From an uncultured Candidatus Saccharibacteria bacterium (GTDB lineage: Bacteria; Patescibacteriota; Dojkabacteria; SC72): 27,356 nt of DNA. The DNA is taken from NCBI GenBank assembly GCA_964350615.1, contig CAYGKF010000001.1, positions 1 through 27,356 on the forward strand, in the 5' to 3' direction. This document shows positions 18,266-26,298 of this stretch, piece by piece. Each line of letters starts with the position of its first letter. The stretch's first letter is position 1. The translations under genes and the position numbers were made by a program. Below the pieces are notes generated by a model, which made no database searches, was not told where the DNA came from, and saw nothing but the letters and a program-made list of their open reading frames with translations.

Positions 18266-21200
18266 ATGAGAAAATTTTTCAAGAGGTTTCCTTTTTACAA
18301 GGTATTTGTTACCTTGTTTATTTCTTTGTACACACTACTACCTTCAGTACAGGCTGTGGGTGTTGTTGTGAAAGACTATGCATCTGAGGATGTTACTGTA
18401 GAGACAGAGATTGATACAGAGAATCAGGAGCTAGAAGTAGATACTAGCGAGGATATATTGGATGAGGGTATTTCTGATCCTGAATGGATTGTTAATCCAG
18501 AATTAGAAGAAGATACAGAAGAGGAAGTTGAAGAGGAGGCAGATGAGCCTCTTTTTGTTTATGAGGATGGGGTATATACAGTGTTTAATGTAATAGAGGG
18601 TGAGGAGTATGTTTATCCTAGTAATGATAACTTAAGGATAGAGTTTACGTCAGTTACAGAGGATGGAAATTTGGTTATTGAGAGGGTTGTGTTAACAGAG
18701 GAAGAGAAAGAAAAATTAAATACTTCTGATAATTATGGTTGGGATATTACTTCTAGTATGAGTAATGGTTCTTTTACATATAATCTTACACTTCCTAATA
18801 CATTAGGTAATGATGTAGAGGTTGTATATACAGAGGATGGAGAGAATTATAATAAGCTAGAGGCTATAGTTAATGAAGATGTAATACATATTTATGGGTT
18901 GGAGCATTTTACAACATTTGTAGTGGTTAGTCCTGGAAATGATCCTTCTAAACAAATAGATTGTGATGCTGTTAAACTTGGATCAACCACAGGGACAACT
19001 TGTTTTGATACCATTCAAGGAGCCATTAATGCCGCTAGTGGTGGAGAGACTATTTATGTTGGAGCAGGGACATATGAAGAACCAAATGGACTAAATATAA
19101 CAGAAAGCATAACAATTACAGGTTCCGGAGAAAATCAAACTATTGTAAAAATTAGTAGACCCTCCGGAGGATACGGTATACAAACTTCAAGTGATTTAAA
19201 TCTAGAATTAGTAATGAGAAATCTTAGTTTTGAAGCAGTATCCGGTGTTTCTAATTTCTTTTTCCACATTGCACACAACGCTTCCTTTACTTTAGAAAAC
19301 TCTACTGTAACAGGTATGGGTAGGAATTATTATTCATCTGGAGCACAAGAGTGGGGCAATACTGTTGGAGGTGTAGATATCATTAATGTAAAAAGTGCTT
19401 TTTTGAACAATGTTACTGTAAGAGAAACAAGTAGAAATGCTGTATCTTTTTCTGCAGTAAGAAATATCAATGTAGAAGATATAACTATAGAAGATAATGG
19501 AGCAAGAGAAGGTTCCGCAGGAATTGCTATATATAACAGGTCTGAGTACCTTCCAAATAATCCAGAATATATCTCTATAAATAGAGGTTTAATTACTGGT
19601 TCTCCTATAGGGATGAATTTAGGGGGTACAAAAACAGGAGTTGACTTAGGGGTAGTTTCTGGAGATGACATAAAGAATCTCTCTTTTGTAAATAATCAAG
19701 TACAGGCTATTGCTTCTCCAGATGAAGCTAAGACATTATTAGAAAATAACACATTTGATAAAGCTGTTGTTGTTAGAAAGAACCCAATAGTAGTACCTGT
19801 TATCTTTAGTAGTATACAGGATGCAATAGATGCTGCTGAAGATGGAGATACAATTTATGTAGACGTCGGTACTTATAATGAAAACATTGTTATCGACAAA
19901 GAACTTAGTCTTCAAGGTGAGGATAAAGATACAACTATTATAGATGGTGGAAAAAGCGGTAAAGTTGTGTCTATAGTTTCTGATAATGTATTGTTGTCTG
20001 GTTTTACAGTTATTAATTCAGGTAGTACGCCCCTTGAAGATGGGGCAATAGTACTTCAAGGTGCTAATCATTGTACGATTGAGGATAACATTGTAAGCAA
20101 TAACGGTGGTGTTGGAATCGGCTTACAACTATCAGATGGGAATACCATTCAAAATAACACCCTTGACAATAACAATATTGCCGGCATCGGTTTGCTTGGT
20201 TCGTCAAACAACACTGTTCAGTTGAATGAATCTAGAAATACACGCTCAATGTCGGGTCAATTTGGTTATGGTTTAATAATTGATAATTTTGAAGGGACTA
20301 ACCCACCTACAACTACTATTTTTTCAAAAAATAATGTAATTGGAAGTTCAGAGGTAGATTTAAACAATGGACCCAATACTTTTGCGGATAATGAAGGTGA
20401 TGGTATCTACATTGGTTGGGGATGTGATAATAATAGTATTGTTAATAACATCATTGATCGTAATGGTAATGATGGTATTTATTTATGGAAGTCAGGGACA
20501 AATCAAATTATTAATAATGAAGTAAGCGAGAATCAAGAAGCGGGTATTCAGCTTATGGCTAGCCCGAATAATACAATTTCAGGAAACACTATTGTGAACA
20601 GTAACATCGGTGTATGGCTTAGAAGTGGTTGGACTCAATATAAACCACATCAGGCGGATCATCTAGCTATGTCGGAGAACAATGACATTACTAATAATAA
20701 TATTTATGGCAACAGTGTTTTTGGAATAAAATATGAGCAAAATGATTACGAATATGATGATGGTATTTCCATTGACGCCACCCTAAACTGGTGGGGTCAT
20801 ATAACTGGTCCCTCTGGAGAAGGTAGTGGTCACGGAGATAAGGTAAGTACTAACGTTACATATCAAGAATGGTTATGTGAACCCTATAAGACCGGTTGGT
20901 ATAGTATAGATGGCTCTTGTGCTATGCGTGATATTGGTTTTGGTTATGGGAGTGGAATAAACGGGGACGTTTCAGATCCGGGTATGTGTAATGTTTATAC
21001 CAATGACACATCCCTCCCTGGAAATAAAGCTCTACAAATTCTACAATTCCATACTCTATCTGGAGCAGAATATTACATGATCCAAGGATATAGATGGAAT
21101 GGTTCAAAATGGCTAGCCTCTGGGACTCCATATGATCCCGAAGAGTATGCTAATGGGAAACCAAATGTAGAGTTTAGTATTGACAATGGAGTTGCAACAT

Positions 21201-23194
21201 ATAAGACAGGAGCAACCAATGAAGGAATTTATACCTATCAAGTAATGGCTTATTCATTAAATGATAACCTCATGGGACTAAGCAATAGAATAATATCCAA
21301 CAACTATGATAATGCTTGTAAATTTACTGTCGACAGAACTTCTCCTCTTGCACCAGAACTTATTTCTCCAGAAGAACCCTTCTATACACAAGGCGTTTAC
21401 TTTGAACAAAAATGGGAAAGTGTTGAAGATGCTGTTAAATATGAATACAACAGCTGCTACAATGATCCAGATGAAGATGATGGTTACTGTAATTTGAAAT
21501 ATCCGCAAACTTTTATTGGTAAAGAGAATACGACAAAGAAAGTAAATGCTGAACAACCAGACAGCCACTTCTGGTGGAGAGTAAGAGCACAAGATATAGC
21601 GGGAAACTGGAGTGAATGGAGTGAGGCTTGGGAAGTTATAATAGATAATACATCACCAATGGTAGAAATTACTTCACACACAAACGGACAATTGGTGCGA
21701 GGAACACAAACAGTACAAGGTATTGTTGAAGATTTTAACCTCTCACACTACTGGTTCGTAATCCATGATTCAAATGGTAAAAGAGTTGCAGGTCCTAATA
21801 TTGTTAAAAACTCTGGACCAATAGTAACACCTTCCTTTGAATGGAATACTAAAAATGTTGCAGATGGAATATATACTATTAAATTAGAAGCAAAAGACTT
21901 AGCAGATAATAAAGATAGTGGCTCTGTACATTGGGTAGGAGTTAGCGTAGACAACACCCCTCCAACTGTTTCTAACATATCCATAGAAAAGGATGGAAAC
22001 CCTGCTACTCAAATTAAAAAGGGTGACATTTTAATTATAACAGCAACAGTTACAGATGATTATGGTGGTGTAAAAGCTGTATCCACTGATTTTAGCTTTA
22101 ACAGTACTTACTCAAGTAGACCATCACCAACCAGTATTGGAATGAAACACCAAGGTTCAGGGATATACAAAGCTGAATACACAGTTCCAGAGACGTGGGA
22201 TACAGATCAGATATTTATAACTGTAGCTGCTAGAGATAAACTCGACAATTATTCTGGTTATAGGAATCTTGCAGAACAATTAATCGTAGACAACACCCCT
22301 CCCGTAACTGAAATACAGGGAGAACAAAGTTACACATATACCAATGAGGCAATCTTCATAGAAGGAATATCTACAGATGAAAATGGAGTAAGTCATGTAG
22401 ATCTCTACTACAGAGTTTCTGATTCCGAAGATCCTTGGACACCTATTGGAACATCTCCATTCATTAATAACCCTGCAGATGATTCTCCATTCAATTGGGA
22501 CTACAGTTGGACCCCAGACCAAGAAGGAACATATGACATTAAAGCATCTGCTACAGATATTGCAGGAAATGTTGAAGAAAGTGCCTACATATATGAAATT
22601 ACATATGATGAAACCAACCCTACCGTAACTCTACTTTCTCTAATCAATGGAATTTTACAGGACATACGAGCAGACGGAGGAATCTCAGGAGTTAAATCAA
22701 TAGAGGTTGGAATGAGTGATACTGGCCCATGGGAGACATATTCTTCAAATATGAACCTTAATACTTTTGTAGGTGGACAACCAGGTACATACACAGTATA
22801 TATTAGAATTGTAGACAACGCAGGAAACGAGACAATTCATGAAGTCACCTTCACCATACCATCACCTCCACCTACTACCGCAGAAGAAATCTTAGGTGCA
22901 ATAACAGGACCATTTACACCTCAACCTGCACAAGCTACAGGTATAGGAGGCTACCTCTTAGCTCAAACCATTGAAGAAGAAACAGAGGAAGAAGTAGAAG
23001 ATACTAAGGTTGAAGATACAGAAGATATTGAGGACGAAGATAAAGATGTAAGAGGTACAGAGGATGAAAATGATGTAGAAGAAGAACAAGAAAGTAGACC
23101 ATGGTGGATATATCCATTAATTATATTACCATTACTACTACTCTTCATAATACTTTGGAAAAGAAGAAAAGAAGAGGAAGAACCACAGTATTAA
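18266..23194 (+). CDS. Giant cell-surface protein: right-handed beta-helix (pectin-lyase/NosD-like) domains, Ig/FN3-like repeats and a C-terminal TM anchor
   Basis: Signal peptide; two TIQ.AI.AA..G.TIYV..GTY.E beta-helix caps; Asn-ladder repeats; five (V/I/Y)D.T.P Ig-linker motifs; RVRAQDIAGNWSEWS; acidic stalk; TM WWIYPLIILPLLLLFIILW followed by KRRK. Confidence 0.92.
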   Translation: MRKFFKRFPFYKVFVTLFISLYTLLPSVQAVGVVVKDYASEDVTVETEIDTENQELEVDTSEDILDEGISDPEWIVNPELEEDTEEEVEEEADEPLFVYEDGVYTVFNVIEGEEYVYPSNDNLRIEFTSVTEDGNLVIERVVLTEEEKEKLNTSDNYGWDITSSMSNGSFTYNLTLPNTLGNDVEVVYTEDGENYNKLEAIVNEDVIHIYGLEHFTTFVVVSPGNDPSKQIDCDAVKLGSTTGTTCFDTIQGAINAASGGETIYVGAGTYEEPNGLNITESITITGSGENQTIVKISRPSGGYGIQTSSDLNLELVMRNLSFEAVSGVSNFFFHIAHNASFTLENSTVTGMGRNYYSSGAQEWGNTVGGVDIINVKSAFLNNVTVRETSRNAVSFSAVRNINVEDITIEDNGAREGSAGIAIYNRSEYLPNNPEYISINRGLITGSPIGMNLGGTKTGVDLGVVSGDDIKNLSFVNNQVQAIASPDEAKTLLENNTFDKAVVVRKNPIVVPVIFSSIQDAIDAAEDGDTIYVDVGTYNENIVIDKELSLQGEDKDTTIIDGGKSGKVVSIVSDNVLLSGFTVINSGSTPLEDGAIVLQGANHCTIEDNIVSNNGGVGIGLQLSDGNTIQNNTLDNNNIAGIGLLGSSNNTVQLNESRNTRSMSGQFGYGLIIDNFEGTNPPTTTIFSKNNVIGSSEVDLNNGPNTFADNEGDGIYIGWGCDNNSIVNNIIDRNGNDGIYLWKSGTNQIINNEVSENQEAGIQLMASPNNTISGNTIVNSNIGVWLRSGWTQYKPHQADHLAMSENNDITNNNIYGNSVFGIKYEQNDYEYDDGISIDATLNWWGHITGPSGEGSGHGDKVSTNVTYQEWLCEPYKTGWYSIDGSCAMRDIGFGYGSGINGDVSDPGMCNVYTNDTSLPGNKALQILQFHTLSGAEYYMIQGYRWNGSKWLASGTPYDPEEYANGKPNVEFSIDNGVATYKTGATNEGIYTYQVMAYSLNDNLMGLSNRIISNNYDNACKFTVDRTSPLAPELISPEEPFYTQGVYFEQKWESVEDAVKYEYNSCYNDPDEDDGYCNLKYPQTFIGKENTTKKVNAEQPDSHFWWRVRAQDIAGNWSEWSEAWEVIIDNTSPMVEITSHTNGQLVRGTQTVQGIVEDFNLSHYWFVIHDSNGKRVAGPNIVKNSGPIVTPSFEWNTKNVADGIYTIKLEAKDLADNKDSGSVHWVGVSVDNTPPTVSNISIEKDGNPATQIKKGDILIITATVTDDYGGVKAVSTDFSFNSTYSSRPSPTSIGMKHQGSGIYKAEYTVPETWDTDQIFITVAARDKLDNYSGYRNLAEQLIVDNTPPVTEIQGEQSYTYTNEAIFIEGISTDENGVSHVDLYYRVSDSEDPWTPIGTSPFINNPADDSPFNWDYSWTPDQEGTYDIKASATDIAGNVEESAYIYEITYDETNPTVTLLSLINGILQDIRADGGISGVKSIEVGMSDTGPWETYSSNMNLNTFVGGQPGTYTVYIRIVDNAGNETIHEVTFTIPSPPPTTAEEILGAITGPFTPQPAQATGIGGYLLAQTIEEETEEEVEDTKVEDTEDIEDEDKDVRGTEDENDVEEEQESRPWWIYPLIILPLLLLFIILWKRRKEEEEPQY
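21946..22302 (+). repeat. Exact 18-bp direct repeat CGTAGACAACACCCCTCC (21946-21963 and 22285-22302)
   Basis: Both copies read directly; 339 bp apart and in frame (VDNTPP). Confidence 0.85.
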
Positions 23195-23214
23195 TATATA
23201 AAAAATACTGCCAG

Positions 23215-23247
23215 AAGAGACACAGGTAAAACTGTGTCTCTTTCTTT
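23215..23247 (+). terminator. Intrinsic terminator after the giant surface protein gene
   Basis: Perfect 11-bp stem AAGAGACACAG-GTAAAA-CTGTGTCTCTT followed by TCTTT. Confidence 0.85.
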
Positions 23248-23300
23248 ATGTAACCCCTTTAAAGCAAAAACTATGGGTTTATTTCAGTGCCTTTTTATTA

Positions 23301-23416
23301 TATAATACCCCTGTTTATACCTAACCCACAGGGATTTAGGAACAATATAAACGATCTTTAAAAATGCATGGTTCTTTACGCTTATCAACTCACCACTACT
23401 ATCACCCACGGAGGTG
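23301..23416 (+). promoter_or_regulatory. Promoter/leader of the orphan gene: TATAAT, hairpin and strong SD
   Basis: TATAAT 23301-23306; hairpin CCTAACCC-ACA-GGG(AT)TTAGG 23320-23340; GGAGGTG 23410-23416, 5 nt before ATG 23422. Confidence 0.55.
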
Positions 23417-23421
23417 TAAAA

Positions 23422-23934
23422 ATGTTTGTAAAAAACTTTTTCAAAAATCTTGGGGAGAAGATAAAAAACTTCCTTTCGAAAAGCAAAAATTTTTTCGAAA
23501 ACATTTGGAGAGAAACTAAAAACTTTTTCTCAAAACACAAGTCAGTATTCCAGGACATTCAAAAAGTATTACTTGTACTACTTTTGATTGCATTTGGGAT
23601 ACTCCAGCTTTACCAATACTCCGAAATCCTTCTCATGGGACTCGAAGAAAATTCTACTATTGGAATAGCCATTGCTATCACCGGATACTTCTTCGTTGCT
23701 GGATACACCTACTGGTTACTATTCCACAGGTCACATAATAGCGATTTTCGGAGCCTGGAGTACCATATAAGAGATATTAGACTGCAATTACAATTGTACA
23801 AAGCTAATCTCTCATCGAGGGATTTCCAGATACATAACATCGGACTTGACCAAAAAATGTTTAATTTGGACCTTCAACACCAACTCAGAAAAATTGAGCG
23901 AAAGCTTGATGAACTCCGAGTGAAGGAAAAATAA
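23422..23934 (+). CDS. Orphan 170-aa membrane protein (KNFF-repeat amphipathic N-terminus, two hydrophobic helices, C-terminal coiled coil)
   Basis: Start moved from 23368 to 23422 on the basis of the GGAGGTG SD; no family recognised. Confidence 0.75.
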   Translation: MFVKNFFKNLGEKIKNFLSKSKNFFENIWRETKNFFSKHKSVFQDIQKVLLVLLLIAFGILQLYQYSEILLMGLEENSTIGIAIAITGYFFVAGYTYWLLFHRSHNSDFRSLEYHIRDIRLQLQLYKANLSSRDFQIHNIGLDQKMFNLDLQHQLRKIERKLDELRVKEK

Positions 23935-24004
23935 CAACTCTTAAAAAGAACCCTGCATAAACTCTTCGGCTAAGTGTCTTAGTAAACCTTGCCTTGGAGA
24001 AGAA

Positions 24005-24058
24005 GGTTAGGGGAGATAAATTAGTGGTTTTTACCATTCTAATATATCTCCTCTAACT
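24005..24058 (+). other. Long RNA hairpin (23 bp) abutting the ribozyme
   Basis: 14 bp (two G-U) 24005-24018/24045-24058, A-A mismatch, 5 bp, TT bulge, TGGT/ACCA, TTTT loop; no U-tract follows on the + strand. Confidence 0.8.
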
Positions 24059-24059
24059 A

Positions 24060-24111
24060 GTAAGTCATTTCTAAGAAATCTGATGAGCTTTTGAAATAAA
24101 GCGAAACTTAC
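24060..24111 (+). ncRNA. Hammerhead ribozyme, type III
   Basis: GTAAGT-C-[ATTTC TAA GAAAT]-CTGATGA-[GCTTT TGAAAT AAAGC]-GAA-ACTTAC. All core nucleotides are present, with stems I (5 bp), II (5 bp) and III (6 bp); GUC cleavage triplet 24064-24066. Confidence 0.92.
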
Positions 24112-24114
24112 ACT

Positions 24115-24142
24115 TTGCATAACCAATCTTTTGAGCTACAAT
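24115..24142 (+). promoter_or_regulatory. Promoter TTGCAT-N16-TACAAT, 5 nt upstream of ATG 24148
   Basis: Seen directly; lies immediately downstream of the ribozyme. Confidence 0.55.
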
Positions 24143-24147
24143 AAACA

Positions 24148-24720
24148 ATGCTCAAAACCAAAATAGCAAGAATAATATCAGAAATATCCAACGGCTTTAT
24201 GACTATGATACTAACCCCTGTTATAGCTATCCTAGTATCACCCTTAGACACACTAAATAAAACAATCTTTATTCTAACATACACCCTCTCCCCTATCCTC
24301 CCCTACTTTGTACTTAAAAAAATGGGTAAGGTTACCGACTATGAATTCACCAACAGAAAAGAAAGACCCCCTTACTTTTCTACCATCACAATAATCTTTG
24401 GCATACTCTTTCTACTTCTTACTACCTTTAATTTAGAAATGTTAACTAAGGTAACCCTAAACCTCTTCTTAATCTCCTCTGTCATTACACTAATTACATT
24501 CTTTTGGAAAATATCTGGACACATGACATACTCCACCATACTCTTTACCACCTTACTATTCCTCTTCCCTAATACACCTGCCCTCTTCGCTCTCTTTCTT
24601 TTTACCCCCTTCATAGGATGGTCTAGAATAGCCCTTAAGAAACATGACTTAACTCAAGTAACCCTAGGAACCTTAATCCCTCTTACCATTTCCATTCTAA
24701 TTTACTGGGGTTTTTGGTAG
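24148..24720 (+). CDS. PAP2-superfamily-like integral membrane protein
   Basis: Multiple TM helices; WKISGH (motif 2-like) and WSRIALKKH (motif 3-like). Confidence 0.7.
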   Translation: MLKTKIARIISEISNGFMTMILTPVIAILVSPLDTLNKTIFILTYTLSPILPYFVLKKMGKVTDYEFTNRKERPPYFSTITIIFGILFLLLTTFNLEMLTKVTLNLFLISSVITLITFFWKISGHMTYSTILFTTLLFLFPNTPALFALFLFTPFIGWSRIALKKHDLTQVTLGTLIPLTISILIYWGFW

Positions 24721-24723
24721 AAT
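24715..24723 (+). promoter_or_regulatory. Extended -10 (TGG-TAGAAT) 8 nt upstream of the gatA ATG 24732
   Basis: TGGTAGAATACACAAGTATG seen directly. Confidence 0.55.
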
Positions 24724-24731
24724 ACACAAGT

Positions 24732-26171
24732 ATGGACTACACAATAACCCAACTTAGAGAAAAATTACTAAGCAAAAAAATCTCCTCAGAGGAAATAGTT
24801 AAGTACTATCTTAAAAGGATCAAAGAACTAAATCCTAAACTCAATGCATACATAACAGTATGCGAGGAAGAGTCACTTAAAAAAGCTAAAGAATTAGACA
24901 AAAACTTTAACAAACTCAAAGAAAACAAATTAGCAGGAGTACCAATATCTGTAAAAGACATCTTCTCTACCAAAGACATACTAACTACAGCAGCCTCACA
25001 CCTACTAGATGGTTACAAACCTGTGTACAACGCTACAGTAATAGAAAATATCCTAAAGGAAGAAGCCATAATAATTGGTAAAACAAACCTAGATGAATTC
25101 TGTCATGGATCTGGTACTGTTACATCCTACTACGGACCCACTAGAAACCCCTGGGACGTTAAAAGACTACCTGGAGGATCAAGTGGAGGCTCTGCAAGTG
25201 CCCTTGCTGCAGACATGTGTACAGCAAGTCTAGGAACAGAAACAGCAGGATCTTTGCGACTACCTGCATCATGGTGTGGCCTAGTTGGTTTTAAACCAAC
25301 ATACGGAAGAGTGTCAAGGTATGGTGTGTTAGCCATGGGTTCGTCTTTGGACTCTCCTGGACCCTTAACAAAAGATGTTAAAGATGCTGCATACATGTTA
25401 GAAATTTTAGCCGGTCATGACCCAAATGACTTCACCTCATCTAAATTAGAAGTACCTAACTACTTTGACAACCTAACAAGTAAAAATATTTCAGATCTTA
25501 AAGTTGCACTTCCCAAAGAATACTTAGAAATGGAATTAGAAGACGGCGTTAGAGAAAACCTTCTTAAAGGAGTAGACATATTAAGAAAATTAGGAGTAAC
25601 AGTAGAAGAAGTTAATGTATTAGACCCTAAGTACGGAATAGCCGTATACACAGTAACATGTAGAAGTGAGGTGTCCTCTAACCTTGCAAGATATGATGGT
25701 ACAAGGTATGGATTAGAGGGAAGTGAAAATGAAAATATTAAAATATATTATGAATCTACAAGGGGAGAAGGTTTTGGACAAGAAGCTAAAAGAAGAGTAA
25801 TGACAGGAACATTTTCTCTTTCGGCAGGTTATGCTGATGAATATTTTAAAAAGTCTGAACAGGTTAGACAATTAATTAAGGAAGATATGGATGAGGTATT
25901 AAAAAAGTATGATGCCATAGTAGCCCCTACTACTCCATCCATTGCATTTAAAGACAAGGACGCAGATAACCCACTATTTGGAGAATTAGCAGATGTATTA
26001 GCGGAGAGTAGCTCAGAGTCTGGATTACCTGGTATAACTATCCCCTCAGGTTTAAGTGAAGGTATGCCAACAGGTATACAGTTCATAGGTAATTATTTTG
26101 ATGAGCAAACTATTTTGAATTTAGCCTACGGTTTAGAGAAAGAATTAGGAAAACTTAAATTAAAGATCTAG
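24732..26171 (+). CDS. gatA: Asp-tRNA(Asn)/Glu-tRNA(Gln) amidotransferase subunit A
   Basis: LAGVPISVKD, GKTNLDEF, PGGSSGGSASA, LGTETAGSLRLPA, SNLARYDG.RYG, GFGQEAKRRVMTG. Start moved from 24714 to 24732. Confidence 0.95.
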   Translation: MDYTITQLREKLLSKKISSEEIVKYYLKRIKELNPKLNAYITVCEEESLKKAKELDKNFNKLKENKLAGVPISVKDIFSTKDILTTAASHLLDGYKPVYNATVIENILKEEAIIIGKTNLDEFCHGSGTVTSYYGPTRNPWDVKRLPGGSSGGSASALAADMCTASLGTETAGSLRLPASWCGLVGFKPTYGRVSRYGVLAMGSSLDSPGPLTKDVKDAAYMLEILAGHDPNDFTSSKLEVPNYFDNLTSKNISDLKVALPKEYLEMELEDGVRENLLKGVDILRKLGVTVEEVNVLDPKYGIAVYTVTCRSEVSSNLARYDGTRYGLEGSENENIKIYYESTRGEGFGQEAKRRVMTGTFSLSAGYADEYFKKSEQVRQLIKEDMDEVLKKYDAIVAPTTPSIAFKDKDADNPLFGELADVLAESSSESGLPGITIPSGLSEGMPTGIQFIGNYFDEQTILNLAYGLEKELGKLKLKI

Positions 26172-26223
26172 TTGCAAGAGAAAATTATCCTTTAAACCCT
26201 TCTGCCTTATCTTTTTTAAATTC

Positions 26224-26272
26224 TTGACAATAATATTTACCCATGTTATACCTATACCATAGGTGGGGGTAC
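26224..26272 (+). promoter_or_regulatory. Promoter (TTGACA-N17-TATACC) with a CsoR/RcnR-like operator candidate
   Basis: TTGACA 26224-26229; TATACC twice (26247-26258); ATACC-ATAGGT-GGGGGTAC at 26254-26272. Confidence 0.4.
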
Positions 26273-26298
26273 ACCCTTTAAGTTTTAATATTACAAAA

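Noticed and set aside
23250-24122. Integrated Obelisk/viroid-like element (ORF plus type III hammerhead)
   Set aside because: No genome-length rod-like self-complementarity is evident, the protein has TM-like helices unlike Oblins, and only one ribozyme polarity was seen.
24732-26171. gatA without adjacent gatC/gatB
   Set aside because: Dispersed gat genes are unremarkable, and the partners may lie outside the window.
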